Assembly (NCBI GenBank): GCA_902786465.1
Contig: CADACQ010000007.1
Span: 20,600 to 84,599 of the forward strand
From: an uncultured Eubacteriales bacterium
GTDB taxonomy: Bacteria; Bacillota; Clostridia; Christensenellales; CAG-138
Direction: 5' to 3'
DNA length: 64,000 nt
The notes below the pieces were generated by a model that saw only the letters and a program-made list of their open reading frames with translations, had not been told where the DNA came from and did no database searches. How positions within the stretch are numbered: the stretch's first letter is position 1; every line of letters begins with the position of its first letter. Positions 18,523-27,398 of the stretch are shown piece after piece. A program made the translations under genes and the position numbers.

Positions 18523-19797
18523 TTGGATATCGAATTACTGGTCCTGTTGGCCATGCTGGGCGTGTTCCTGATCGGGAACCTGCTGCTGAAGCTCCCCGTC
18601 AGCATCTCCATGATCCTGGGCGCCGTGGCCGGCGCTCTGGTGGCGGGGGAGGGCATCCCCATCCGGCATCTGTTCGAGGGGTGCTTCACCTATGTGGACA
18701 CCATTTTGATCATCTCCACGGCCATGCTGTTCATGACCGCCATCCAGCGCTCCGGCGCGTTGGAGGCCCTGAACGCCCTGATCGTCACCAAGTTTTATAA
18801 GGTGCCGGCCCTCATGCTGATCCTGCTCATGTTCATCGTCATGTTCCCGGGCATGATCACCGGCTCCTCCACCGCCGCGGTCCTCTCCGCCGGCGCCATC
18901 GTGGCCCCCATATTGCTGAAGATCGGCATCCCCAAGGAGCGGGCGGGCGCCATTTTGGCCGTGGGCGCCATCATGGGCATGGCGGCCCCGCCGGTGAACA
19001 TCCCCGCCATGCTGATCGCCGGGGGCGTGGACATGCCCTACATCGGCTTTGAGGGGCCCCTGTTCCTCATCACCATCCCCTGCGCCATCTTCACGGTCCT
19101 GTTCCTGGGGCTCAAGTACTGCAAGAACCTGGACATCGAGGAGCTGAAGAAGGACCTCGATATGGAGGTGGGGAAGAAGTACGGCTTCAAGCTCTATATC
19201 CCCATCGTCCTGCTGGTGGTGCTGCTGGTGCTGACCCGGGCCGTCCCCAAGCTCATGCCCCAGCTGGGCACGCCCCTCATCTTCCTCCTTTGCGCCGTGG
19301 TGGCCGTGTTCACGGGCCGCCGGTTCAACGCCTGGGAGGGGGGCCTGGAGGCCATGGACACCACCATCCCCGTCCTCGCCAAGCTCATGGGCGTGGGCAT
19401 GTTCATCCAGATTTTGACCCTCACCGGCGCCCGGGGCTATATCGTGGTCTCCTGCCTGGGCTGGGGTCTGGTGGCCCTGTATATCGCCATCTGCACCATC
19501 ATGCCGGGCTTCGGCGCGGTCAGCTCCTACGGGGCGGCCAGCGTCATGGGCGTGCCGTTTTTGCTGGTGCTGCTGGACACCGGCGATCAGATCACCATCG
19601 CGGCCCTGCTGTCCTTCATCTGCTGCCTGGGCGATCTCATGCCGCCTACGGCTCTCGCGGGCAACTACGCCGCCCAGATCGTGGGCCTCAAGTATAAGCC
19701 CGTGCTGAAGCACTGCGTGATCCCGTTCCTGGTGTGCATCGCCCTGGCGGTGATCTACCTGCTCAACTCCAAGTACATGGGTTTTTTGACCCGGTAA
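18523..19797 (+). CDS. DctM-like permease, copy B
   Basis: TTG start behind GAGAGGAGAA; 424 aa. FPGMITGSSTAAVLSAGAIVAPILLKIGIPKERAGAILAVGAIMGMAAPPVNIPAML matches the DctM-type signature. Confidence 0.75.
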   Translation: MDIELLVLLAMLGVFLIGNLLLKLPVSISMILGAVAGALVAGEGIPIRHLFEGCFTYVDTILIISTAMLFMTAIQRSGALEALNALIVTKFYKVPALMLILLMFIVMFPGMITGSSTAAVLSAGAIVAPILLKIGIPKERAGAILAVGAIMGMAAPPVNIPAMLIAGGVDMPYIGFEGPLFLITIPCAIFTVLFLGLKYCKNLDIEELKKDLDMEVGKKYGFKLYIPIVLLVVLLVLTRAVPKLMPQLGTPLIFLLCAVVAVFTGRRFNAWEGGLEAMDTTIPVLAKLMGVGMFIQILTLTGARGYIVVSCLGWGLVALYIAICTIMPGFGAVSSYGAASVMGVPFLLVLLDTGDQITIAALLSFICCLGDLMPPTALAGNYAAQIVGLKYKPVLKHCVIPFLVCIALAVIYLLNSKYMGFLTR

Positions 19798-19809
19798 GGA
19801 GGGAAGAAC

Positions 19810-19962
19810 ATGCTGTTTTTGAAATACGTGTATCTGGCCATCGTGGCCCTGCTGCTGGTGCTGATCCTCACCAACATGTTCAAGAAGGACAAGTTCCTCT
19901 ACCAGCTGGACGCGGCCCTGGTCATCATCCCCCTGATCCTGCGGCTGCTGCTGATCAAGTGA
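19810..19962 (+). CDS. 50-aa two-helix membrane miniprotein, copy B (not in ORF track)
   Basis: ATG 19810 behind AAGGAGGGAAG. Sequence: MLFLKYVYLAIVALLLVLILTNMFKKDKFLYQLDAALVIIPLILRLLLIK. Same topology and central KK motif as 16374..16520. Confidence 0.65.
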   Translation: MLFLKYVYLAIVALLLVLILTNMFKKDKFLYQLDAALVIIPLILRLLLIK

Positions 19963-19972
19963 GGGCATAGCT

Positions 19973-21109
19973 ATGAAGAAGATACCGAAACGAATCTGGA
20001 CCGCCGCGGCCCTGTGCCTCCTGGCCGCCGCCGTGTGCGTGTACCTGGGAATCACCTTCTCCTCCATGTGGAAGGACCAGCCCATATATCCCGGCCCCGG
20101 CGTCACCGCGGTGGAGATGCTTTCCGACTACAACCCGGGCCTCAAGGGCACCCATGGGGACACGGAGGTCTACGTGCTGGATTCCGGCAAGCCCGGCGCG
20201 GCGGTGCTGGTGCTGGGCGGCACCCATCCCAACGAGCCCTCGGGCGTGGTGGCGGCGGTGGCCCTCATCGAGAACTGCCAGCCCAAGACCGGCGTCCTCT
20301 ACGTGATCCCCCGGGCCAACCACAGCGCCTTCACCTGCACGGACCCCCAGGAGGGCGCGCCCATGTTCTTTACCATCGAAACCCCCGGCGGGGATCGGAC
20401 CTTCCGCTTCGGCTCCCGGGCCACCAACCCCATCGACCAGTGGCCTGACTCCGACGTGTACGTCCATAGGACCAGCGGCCAGACCCTGTCCGGCAGCGAG
20501 ACCCGGAACCTGAACCGGGCCTATCCCGGCAGCAACAGCGGCACCTTCACCGAGCGGATCACCTACGGCATCACGGAGCTGGTGAAGCAGCGGGACGTGA
20601 AGATCACGGTGGACCTCCACGAGGCGTCCCCGGAATACACCACGGTCAACGCCATCGTGGCCCATCAGGACGCCATCGAGCTGGCCAGCTGGGCCTCCAT
20701 GGACATGCAGATGGAGGGCATGAACATCAGCATCGAGGCGTCGCCCACCAACCTGCACGGCCTGTCCCACCGGGAGCTGGGGGACTTCACCGACACCCTG
20801 GCCACCCTCATGGAGACCGCCAACCCCTCCCAGGGCCGGCTTCGGGGCCGTACCAACGCGGATCTGGTGGTGAAGGGCGTGGACAAGTACTACGTCCGGG
20901 CCCGCAAGGCCGGGTCGGTCACAGTGGAGTTCACCGAGGCGGGCATCCCCCTGGACGAGCGGGTGGCCCGGCACATCTGCGGCATCGAGCAGCTGTGCAA
21001 CGCCTATAACGAGCTGGGGAACCAGGAGACCATCGAACTGGGCGGCCTGCCCTCCTATCAGGAGATACTGACCAACGGCATCGGGCGCTATCTGTCCCCG
21101 GGAAAGTAA
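19973..21109 (+). CDS. membrane-anchored zinc carboxypeptidase-like protein (AstE/AspA - M14-like), copy B
   Basis: N-terminal TM helix. LVLGGTHPNE, RNLNRAYPG and TVDLHEA. Colinear with copy A over its whole length. Confidence 0.8.
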   Translation: MKKIPKRIWTAAALCLLAAAVCVYLGITFSSMWKDQPIYPGPGVTAVEMLSDYNPGLKGTHGDTEVYVLDSGKPGAAVLVLGGTHPNEPSGVVAAVALIENCQPKTGVLYVIPRANHSAFTCTDPQEGAPMFFTIETPGGDRTFRFGSRATNPIDQWPDSDVYVHRTSGQTLSGSETRNLNRAYPGSNSGTFTERITYGITELVKQRDVKITVDLHEASPEYTTVNAIVAHQDAIELASWASMDMQMEGMNISIEASPTNLHGLSHRELGDFTDTLATLMETANPSQGRLRGRTNADLVVKGVDKYYVRARKAGSVTVEFTEAGIPLDERVARHICGIEQLCNAYNELGNQETIELGGLPSYQEILTNGIGRYLSPGK

Positions 21110-21115
21110 ATCATC

Positions 21116-22063
21116 GTGAAGAGATTATGGCTGATCTGCCTGGCGGGGCTGCTCCTTTTGGGATGCGCCCCCCGGCAGGCCACAACGCAAAACCTACAGG
21201 CGACGGCAGCGCCCGCTGCTGACGCCACCCCCTTGCCGGTGGACGACGGGCCGGACCCCCAGGAGGAAGGGGGCATGACCGTCACCATCGGCGGGGAAAT
21301 TTTCGCCTACGACGGCTATCGGGTCCTGGAGCCGGAGGTCACCTTCGACATCCACACCAGGACGGCCCACGACTTCGTGGCCGACTTCGACACGGCATAC
21401 CCGGTGACCCGGGAGAGCTATCTGCTGACCCCCGGCGCGGACACGGAGACCACCGTGGTGAAGATCACCGGCCAGGACCCCGGCCCCACCCTTTACGTGG
21501 CGGCGGGCATCCACGGGGACGAGCGAGCCGCCTGGTACGCGGGGCTCATGCTCCAGAACATCACCATCCAGGCGGGCACCCTGTACGTGCTGGCCCCGGC
21601 CAACGCCTGGGGCGCCCAGCGGAACCAGCGCCGGGTGGGGGAGGACGACCCCAACCGCTGCTTCCCCGGGAGCGAGACGGGCACCATGGCCCAGCGGATA
21701 TGCTATGCCATCTTCCACGACATCGAGGAGAAACAGCCGGAGCTGCTGCTGGACCTCCACGAGGCCATCGTTTACAAGGAGGGCCGGGACTTTCTGGGCA
21801 GCACCCTCATCTACACCTCCCTGGAGGGGATGGAGGACCTGTTCTTCGACCTGCTGTTCGCCACCCAGGAGGGGGAGGTGACCTCCTGCCCCTTCGGCTA
21901 CAACGGCCCCGGGCCGGCGGGCAGCATGAACCGGACCGTCACCGATCAGCTGAAGATCCCCGCCATCACCGTGGAGACCTTCCGGGGCTTCCCCATGGAG
22001 CGTCGGGTATCGGATCAGCTGAAGGTGGTGGCCTACGTCCTGCGCTATAAGGGCATGCTATGA
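21116..22063 (+). CDS. zinc carboxypeptidase-like lipoprotein (AstE/AspA - M14-like), third paralogue
   Basis: GTG start, lipobox LLLGC. AAGIHGDE (HxxE), DPNRCFPG and LLDLHEA. Confidence 0.75.
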   Translation: MKRLWLICLAGLLLLGCAPRQATTQNLQATAAPAADATPLPVDDGPDPQEEGGMTVTIGGEIFAYDGYRVLEPEVTFDIHTRTAHDFVADFDTAYPVTRESYLLTPGADTETTVVKITGQDPGPTLYVAAGIHGDERAAWYAGLMLQNITIQAGTLYVLAPANAWGAQRNQRRVGEDDPNRCFPGSETGTMAQRICYAIFHDIEEKQPELLLDLHEAIVYKEGRDFLGSTLIYTSLEGMEDLFFDLLFATQEGEVTSCPFGYNGPGPAGSMNRTVTDQLKIPAITVETFRGFPMERRVSDQLKVVAYVLRYKGML

Positions 22064-23178
22064 GCCTGCCGGAATACATTTTGATCGCTTTGTGCGCCGC
22101 ATATCTCCTATACCTGGCGGGGGAAAAGCTCCTCCTTCGCCGGTGTAGGAGTTCTTTCGTTCACGTGATCCACGTGAACGGCATCCGGGGCAAGTCCTCC
22201 ACGGTCCGGCTCATCGACGCGGGCCTGCGGGGCGGCGGCGTCCGGGTGCTCTCCAAGTCCACCGGCACCCTGCCCATGATTCTTCACGTGGACGGCCATG
22301 AGGAGCAGATCGTGCGCCGCGCCCCCGCCAACATCCGGGAGCAGGGGGACATGATGCGCCTTGCCCGCCGGGAGGGGGCCCAGGTGCTGGTGGTGGAGTG
22401 CATGGCCATCCATCCCGAGGGCCAGCGGGCCTCGGAGGACATGCTGCGGGCGGACCTGGCCGTCGTCACCAACGTGCGGCCGGACCATACGGACGTAATG
22501 GGGGAGACCCGGGAGGAGATCTGCGACGCCCTCCTCTCCATGCGCCCCCACAAGGGGGACCTGTTCACCTGTGAGGCGGACATGGCGCCCCGGATGGAGA
22601 AGGCCATGGCGGGCCGGGGACGGGTATTCGTCATCGAGCCCCGGCCGGAGGGGTATCCCGGCATACCTGACTTTCCGGAGAACGTGGCCCTGGCCCTGGC
22701 GGTGTGCCGGGCGGCGGGGGTCAGCGAGGCGGACGCCCTCGCCGGCATGGCCCACGTGCGGAAGGACCCCTACGCCTTCGAGCGCATCGACCATGGGAAC
22801 GGGGTGTTCCTGAACGCCTTCTCCGCCAACGACGTGGTCTCCACCCTGAAGCTGTACGAAGATCAGAAAGCGGAGGGTCGGCTCATACTGATTTTGAACA
22901 ACCGGCGGGATCGACCGGCCCGGGCGGAGGATATGAGCCGCCTCGCAGCCCGGCTCCCGGCGGAGGAGATATGGGTGCTGGGGGAGCAGCCCCGGCTTTT
23001 GAAGCGGCTGCTTAGGCGGACCTGCCCTCGGGTACCGGTGCGGATATTCGCCGATCCCGGCGAGGTGCCGCTGATATTTTCAGAAAAGACCGTGCTGCTG
23101 TGCGCGGGGAACATCAAGGGCGCGGGCGAAGCGCTGACGCAGCGGATCAGAGACCTGGGGAAGGAGGTGGGATCATGA
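22060..23178 (+). CDS. pgsB: poly-gamma-glutamate synthase PgsB/CapB (Mur-ligase fold)
   Basis: N-terminal TM helix, then VNGIRGKSS (P-loop), VVECMAIHPE, NVRPDHTDVMGET, NAFSANDVVST, LNNRRDRPARAE and CAGNIKGAGE. Colinear by eye with Bacillus CapB/PgsB. ATGA overlaps at both ends. Confidence 0.9.
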   Translation: MSLPEYILIALCAAYLLYLAGEKLLLRRCRSSFVHVIHVNGIRGKSSTVRLIDAGLRGGGVRVLSKSTGTLPMILHVDGHEEQIVRRAPANIREQGDMMRLARREGAQVLVVECMAIHPEGQRASEDMLRADLAVVTNVRPDHTDVMGETREEICDALLSMRPHKGDLFTCEADMAPRMEKAMAGRGRVFVIEPRPEGYPGIPDFPENVALALAVCRAAGVSEADALAGMAHVRKDPYAFERIDHGNGVFLNAFSANDVVSTLKLYEDQKAEGRLILILNNRRDRPARAEDMSRLAARLPAEEIWVLGEQPRLLKRLLRRTCPRVPVRIFADPGEVPLIFSEKTVLLCAGNIKGAGEALTQRIRDLGKEVGS

Positions 23179-23597
23179 CGGAGAAGATACTGGTGCTGGG
23201 CATCGTGCTGAGCATCCTGTTCTACGAATGCACCCGCCTGTCCCCGGGGGGCATCATCGTGCCCGGGTATTTCGCCCTGTGTCTCACCACGCCCCTTCGG
23301 ATCGGGTATACCCTCGCTTTGGTCCTGTTGACCTGGGCCCTGCTCCGGGGGCTGTCGAACCTGTTCATCCTCTACGGCAAGCGGCGCTTCGCGCTGGCCA
23401 TCGTGCTCTCCTATCTGTTGAACCTGGCGGTGGTGGCCACGGGCCTGCTGCCCTTCCCCGTAGGCGTCATCGGCCTCATCGTGCCGGGGATCATGGTGCG
23501 GGAGATGGAGAAGCAGGGCGTTGGAAAGACCCTGCTGGCCCTGGCCGCGGTCACGGGCATCCTGGCCGCCGTCATGCTGCTCATGGGGGCCCTGTGA
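23175..23597 (+). CDS. pgsC: poly-gamma-glutamate biosynthesis membrane protein PgsC/CapC
   Basis: 140 aa. GGIIVPGYFAL...ILYGKRRFA...GLIVPGIMVREMEKQG parallels B. subtilis PgsC (GLVVPGYL...ILYGRRKFA...GIIVPGLIANTIQKQG). Confidence 0.9.
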   Translation: MTEKILVLGIVLSILFYECTRLSPGGIIVPGYFALCLTTPLRIGYTLALVLLTWALLRGLSNLFILYGKRRFALAIVLSYLLNLAVVATGLLPFPVGVIGLIVPGIMVREMEKQGVGKTLLALAAVTGILAAVMLLMGAL

Positions 23598-24976
23598 AGC
23601 GGCGGGAACGGACAACGTGCATATTGATCCTCATCATGGTCTTGGTGCTGCTCGCCGGGTGCCTGGGGAGCTTTTGGGGCGTTCGGACCGTCCCCAAGGG
23701 CCACTATGAGGCCATGGTCCGGGCGGCAGAGCAGATGGAGAGCTGCATGGCGGAGCTGAAGGCGGAGCGCCTGCGGCGGGGCATCCCCATCGACGAGGAA
23801 ACGGACCGGTTCTCCACGGGTCTTCTCGGCACGGACTTCACCGCCATCACCACCACCCTGGGGAACCTGGAGGCCAAGCGCACCTCCTGCCAGCCGGACA
23901 TGGCGGCCCTGGTCTGCGACCTGTACGTCCGGGCCGGGGTGCAGGCGGGGGACCGGGTGGCTATCTGCAGCACCGGCTCCTTCCCGGCTCTGAACCTGGC
24001 CGCCCTGTGCGCGGCGGAAGCCCTGGGGGCGGAGCCCGTCATGATCGTGTCCATCGGCGCCTCCACCTATGGGGCCAATATCCCGGCCTTCACGGCCCCG
24101 GAGATGCTCTATCACCTGTATGAAGCGGGCCTCGTCGCCACGGCCCCCGCGGGGGTCACCCTGGGCGGGGACAACGACCTGGGCCTCAACATGGGCGCGG
24201 TGTTCTTCCCCGACGAGGCGGGGGCGCTGCAGGCCGCCCTGGACAGGATGGAGAAGGCGGGGATCGTCGTAACGCAGATACCCGACCGGCAGGCGAACCT
24301 CCGTTGGCGGGAGTCGCTGTACGGGGACGTGAGCTGCTTCGTCAGCGTGGGCGGCCACAACATGGCCCTGGGGGACCACGGCGAGGGCTACGCCCTGGGC
24401 CAGGGGCTGATCCAAAGGAGGGTGACCGACGGGGAGGACTACCTGATGGGCCACTATCTTGCCTTGGGCGTCCCCTGCGTGGGCCTGCTGAACGTGAAGC
24501 AGCTCTGTGCGGAATACGGCCTGCCTTTTGACCCCACAGCCCTTGAAAAGGTGGGGCAAAGTCATTTATACTATGAAAAAGCGTACCCCAGGGCGCCGCT
24601 GCTGATTGCCCTGGCGCTGACGGCCCTTCTGCTGGCCGCCTGCTGGCGGATCCACAGGAGGGGGCCTGGACCCGACCCCATCCCTACGAAAGGAGACGAT
24701 ACCATGAACAAAGCTTTGGCAGAACAGTTTTTGACCCGATACGAGGAGGCCGCCACCCGGCGCGAGAAGGCCCTGGCCCTCTACAACGCCATGGTGGTAT
24801 CCATGCCCAAGGAGGAGTTCCCGGCGTTCCTGGGGGACGCCAGCGACGCCTTCCTGGCCTTCATCAAGACCATGCAGAACGAGGACGCCGACGTGTCCAC
24901 CGCCGTGGCCTACGAGAAGGACGCCCCCTGCAAGCGGTATTTGAATACCCTGTATAAAAAGCTGAAGGCCCTTTGA
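23594..24976 (+). CDS. poly-gamma-glutamate system protein (PgsA-replacing type) with ~90-aa C-terminal extension
   Basis: GTG 23594 gives a GTGA overlap with the pgsC stop. N-terminal TM/lipobox-like LLAGC, a ~340-aa extracytoplasmic domain and a C-terminal TM helix. An in-frame soluble tail begins at ATG 24704 with its own AAAGGAGA RBS. Family assignment rests on context and my memory of the TIGRFAM poly-gamma-glutamate system protein. Confidence 0.6.
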   Translation: MKRRERTTCILILIMVLVLLAGCLGSFWGVRTVPKGHYEAMVRAAEQMESCMAELKAERLRRGIPIDEETDRFSTGLLGTDFTAITTTLGNLEAKRTSCQPDMAALVCDLYVRAGVQAGDRVAICSTGSFPALNLAALCAAEALGAEPVMIVSIGASTYGANIPAFTAPEMLYHLYEAGLVATAPAGVTLGGDNDLGLNMGAVFFPDEAGALQAALDRMEKAGIVVTQIPDRQANLRWRESLYGDVSCFVSVGGHNMALGDHGEGYALGQGLIQRRVTDGEDYLMGHYLALGVPCVGLLNVKQLCAEYGLPFDPTALEKVGQSHLYYEKAYPRAPLLIALALTALLLAACWRIHRRGPGPDPIPTKGDDTMNKALAEQFLTRYEEAATRREKALALYNAMVVSMPKEEFPAFLGDASDAFLAFIKTMQNEDADVSTAVAYEKDAPCKRYLNTLYKKLKAL

Positions 24977-25076
24977 CCTTCAGCTTCGATCGTCGACAAA
25001 CGACAGTTCGCTCCTGCCGGCCGCTGTCCCCTGCCCGTCGCCGCGACGGCGGCTCAGAAGACGGGCGGAGGGAGCG

Positions 25077-25616
25077 TCACAGGCGCCCCATCCGGGGCAG
25101 CAGCCTCTCGTACAGCGCGTCCCGGTTCTCCGGCGTGATATAGAACACCTCCGCCCGGGGCTGGGATCGGACCGCGTTCAGAAAGGCCACGTCCCTGCGG
25201 CTCTTCACGGCAGCGATCACGGGCACGTCCCCGGAGAGGGCCTCCAGCACGGCGGCGGTGAAGGCCTCCGCCCGGGCCTCGAAGAACCCCAGCTCGTCCA
25301 TGACGAGGATGCCGCCGGGCCGGGCCGCACGGACGTACCGGACGCCCAGGCCGTCGAAGACCTCCAGGTTGGGCCGATGGGTCCGGCTGTCGCAGACGCC
25401 GATGCAGTTCTCCTCCGTGTAGACCCGTTCCGCCATGGGCTGCCCCGCCGGGTGGATGTAGATGGGGTGGAACCCGTCCGGGCTCGCCGGGGCCATCTTG
25501 GTGACGAACCCGTACCGGGGCCGGGAGGAGGCCCGGAGCAGCCTTTCGATCAGCGTGCTCTTGCCCACCCCACGCTCGCCGCATATGAGGATGTGTATCT
25601 TTTCCGCCATCCTCAT
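25077..25616 (-). CDS. THEP1-like nucleoside-triphosphatase (P-loop)
   Basis: Start at MRMAEK (ATGA overlap with the upstream stop) or at MAEK (25610). ILICGERGVGKSTL Walker A and VMDELGFFE (THEP1 DEIGKME-like). Confidence 0.75.
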   Translation of the reverse strand: MRMAEKIHILICGERGVGKSTLIERLLRASSRPRYGFVTKMAPASPDGFHPIYIHPAGQPMAERVYTEENCIGVCDSRTHRPNLEVFDGLGVRYVRAARPGGILVMDELGFFEARAEAFTAAVLEALSGDVPVIAAVKSRRDVAFLNAVRSQPRAEVFYITPENRDALYERLLPRMGRL

Positions 25617-26693
25617 GCCCCCAGGGAGTTCCGCGTCAGGTCGTCGAACTGATCCCGGGTGATGTGACAGTGGTAGAACAGCTCGAAATACTCCTGCACC
25701 GCCGCATACAGGTCCAGCTGGGCCGCCTCGGGGTACAGAAGCTCGCTCATCCACAGCATGCCCAGGTACCGCTGGACGGAGGGCGGGAAGCCCATCCAGT
25801 TGTAGGGGCCGAAGGGCACCTCGTAGTATTCACCGTTCCGAATGGCGGTCACGGCCTGCCACTCGGGGCGGTTTTTTACGTCCCCATAGATGCTCTCGGG
25901 GGCGAAGAGGATCACCTCCGGGTCCCAAAGCAAAATCTGCTCCATGTCCACCTCGTTCCCCGTGCCCTTCGACGACGGGCTCTCCACCACCGCCAGGTTG
26001 TTGCCTAAGAGGTCGATGATCTCGGCGTGGTAGCTCCCCTGGGCGATGACGTTCAGCCCCTGGTCCCCGGTGACGTACAGCAGGTTTCTCTTCTCCACAG
26101 CGCCCGCGATCTCCACCGTCCTCGCATAGACCCGGTCGCAGTAGGCGGCCAGGGCTTCGGCCTCGGTCGGCATGTCCAGCAGCTCGCCCAGCTTTCGGTA
26201 CGCGTGCCCCATGGAGGCGGTCAAGGCGGTGATGTGGACGAAGGGGATGCCGGTCTGCTCCTGCAGGGCGTCCAAATCCTCCACGATGGTCTTCTTGGGC
26301 TCGCCCACGTCGATGACTATCTGGGCGCCGCTGGCCCAGGATGGGCAGGTCATAATACTTTCTGTCGAAGAACTGTTCGGCTGTCTTATCCCATTTGCCG
26401 GCGATGCCCGCCAGCTTGTCCGGGCACAGGGCGAACAGCACGATCTGAGCAAGAGGTCCGCTGACGGCCACCTTATCGATGGTACAGGGCACCGCCACGG
26501 TCCGGCCCACCGAGTCGGTAAAGGTCCGCGTCGTGGGCGGAGCCGTTTGTGCGGGCGCGGCCGCCGCGCTTTCCGGCGCTTCGGAGGCTTTGGGCGCTTC
26601 GGTGGGGGCGGGGGCCTCCGGGGTTTTGGCCGCGGCGCAGGCCGTGGACAGCAGCATCAGCGCCGCCAGCAGCAAGGTCAGGATGCGTTTCAT
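25613..26693 (-). pseudogene. FecB/BtuF-type periplasmic binding lipoprotein, interrupted by a frameshift near 26330
   Basis: The N-terminal 120 aa (lipobox LSTAC, ...KYYDLPILGQ) are in the frame of ORF 25830..26693. The rest (ASGAQIVIDVGEPKK...NGEYYEVPFGPYNWMG) is in the frame of ORF 25613..26452. The frame switch falls within ctgggccagcggcgcc on the minus strand. Confidence 0.8.
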
Positions 26694-26705
26694 GTTTTTT
26701 CCTCC

Positions 26706-27398
26706 TTATCGGGGTATATCTCGGACCCGGATGACGATCATGCCCACGGGCCGCAGGGCGGGCAGGTAGTAGGGGAAGACGGGGTCGCCCGTTTCCGTAA
26801 GCCGGGAAAGGGCCTCGGCCTCGGTCACGGCCGTCTCGGGGTCGTAGAGTCGGAAGAAGCGGATGGCGTCGGCAATGCTCCGGAAGGGCTGGCCCATGTC
26901 CGCGTCGAAGGTCTCGGCGGCGAAGGGCACGCCCAGGCGCTCCAATTCCCTACAGGTCAGGGGGTAGGTGAACTTGCGGACGGCCCCCGGGTCCCGGGTG
27001 AAGCGGTGGGTGCTCCAGTTCTTCTTGAACAGGACCAGCGTGTCCCGGCAGTGGCTCTTAGCCCAGGCCAGGGTCTCCGGCACGCCGCCGAAGAAGCAGA
27101 ACAGGCCGCCGTCGTAGACCTCCTCAGGCGGCAGAGCGAAGGCGTCCCCCTGTCGGACGGTGAGCCCTGAGGTCCCCGGAATGTACCGGAGGGGCAGGGG
27201 GGAGAGGTCCATGGCGGTCACGTGGTAGCCCCGCTTCGCCAGGGCCACCGACAGGTGCCCCAGGCCGCAGCCCCCCTCGAACAGGGCGCCGCCGGGGGTC
27301 AGGTGGGCCGCCGCCTTCTGGGCCAAAAGGTCGTAGCTCTTCGTGTATGCGGCGCTGTCGTTCCAAAAGGCGGCGCTTTCCTCGGTCCAAAGGAACAT
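26706..27398 (-). CDS. class I SAM-dependent methyltransferase
   Basis: Start MFLWTEES (ATG 27398-27396) shares one base with the ATPase stop codon (27398-27400). Motif I LFEGGCGLGHLSVALAKRGYHVTAMDLS. Confidence 0.8.
   Translation of the reverse strand: MFLWTEESAAFWNDSAAYTKSYDLLAQKAAAHLTPGGALFEGGCGLGHLSVALAKRGYHVTAMDLSPLPLRYIPGTSGLTVRQGDAFALPPEEVYDGGLFCFFGGVPETLAWAKSHCRDTLVLFKKNWSTHRFTRDPGAVRKFTYPLTCRELERLGVPFAAETFDADMGQPFRSIADAIRFFRLYDPETAVTEAEALSRLTETGDPVFPYYLPALRPVGMIVIRVRDIPR

Noticed and set aside
23228-23593. N-terminal 122 aa of the 582-aa track ORF overlapping pgsC
   Set aside because: This part is Pro/Arg/Gly/His-rich and lies in an alternative frame of the well-supported pgsC. The GTG at 23594 overlaps the pgsC stop and starts directly at a signal/TM segment, so it is the credible start.
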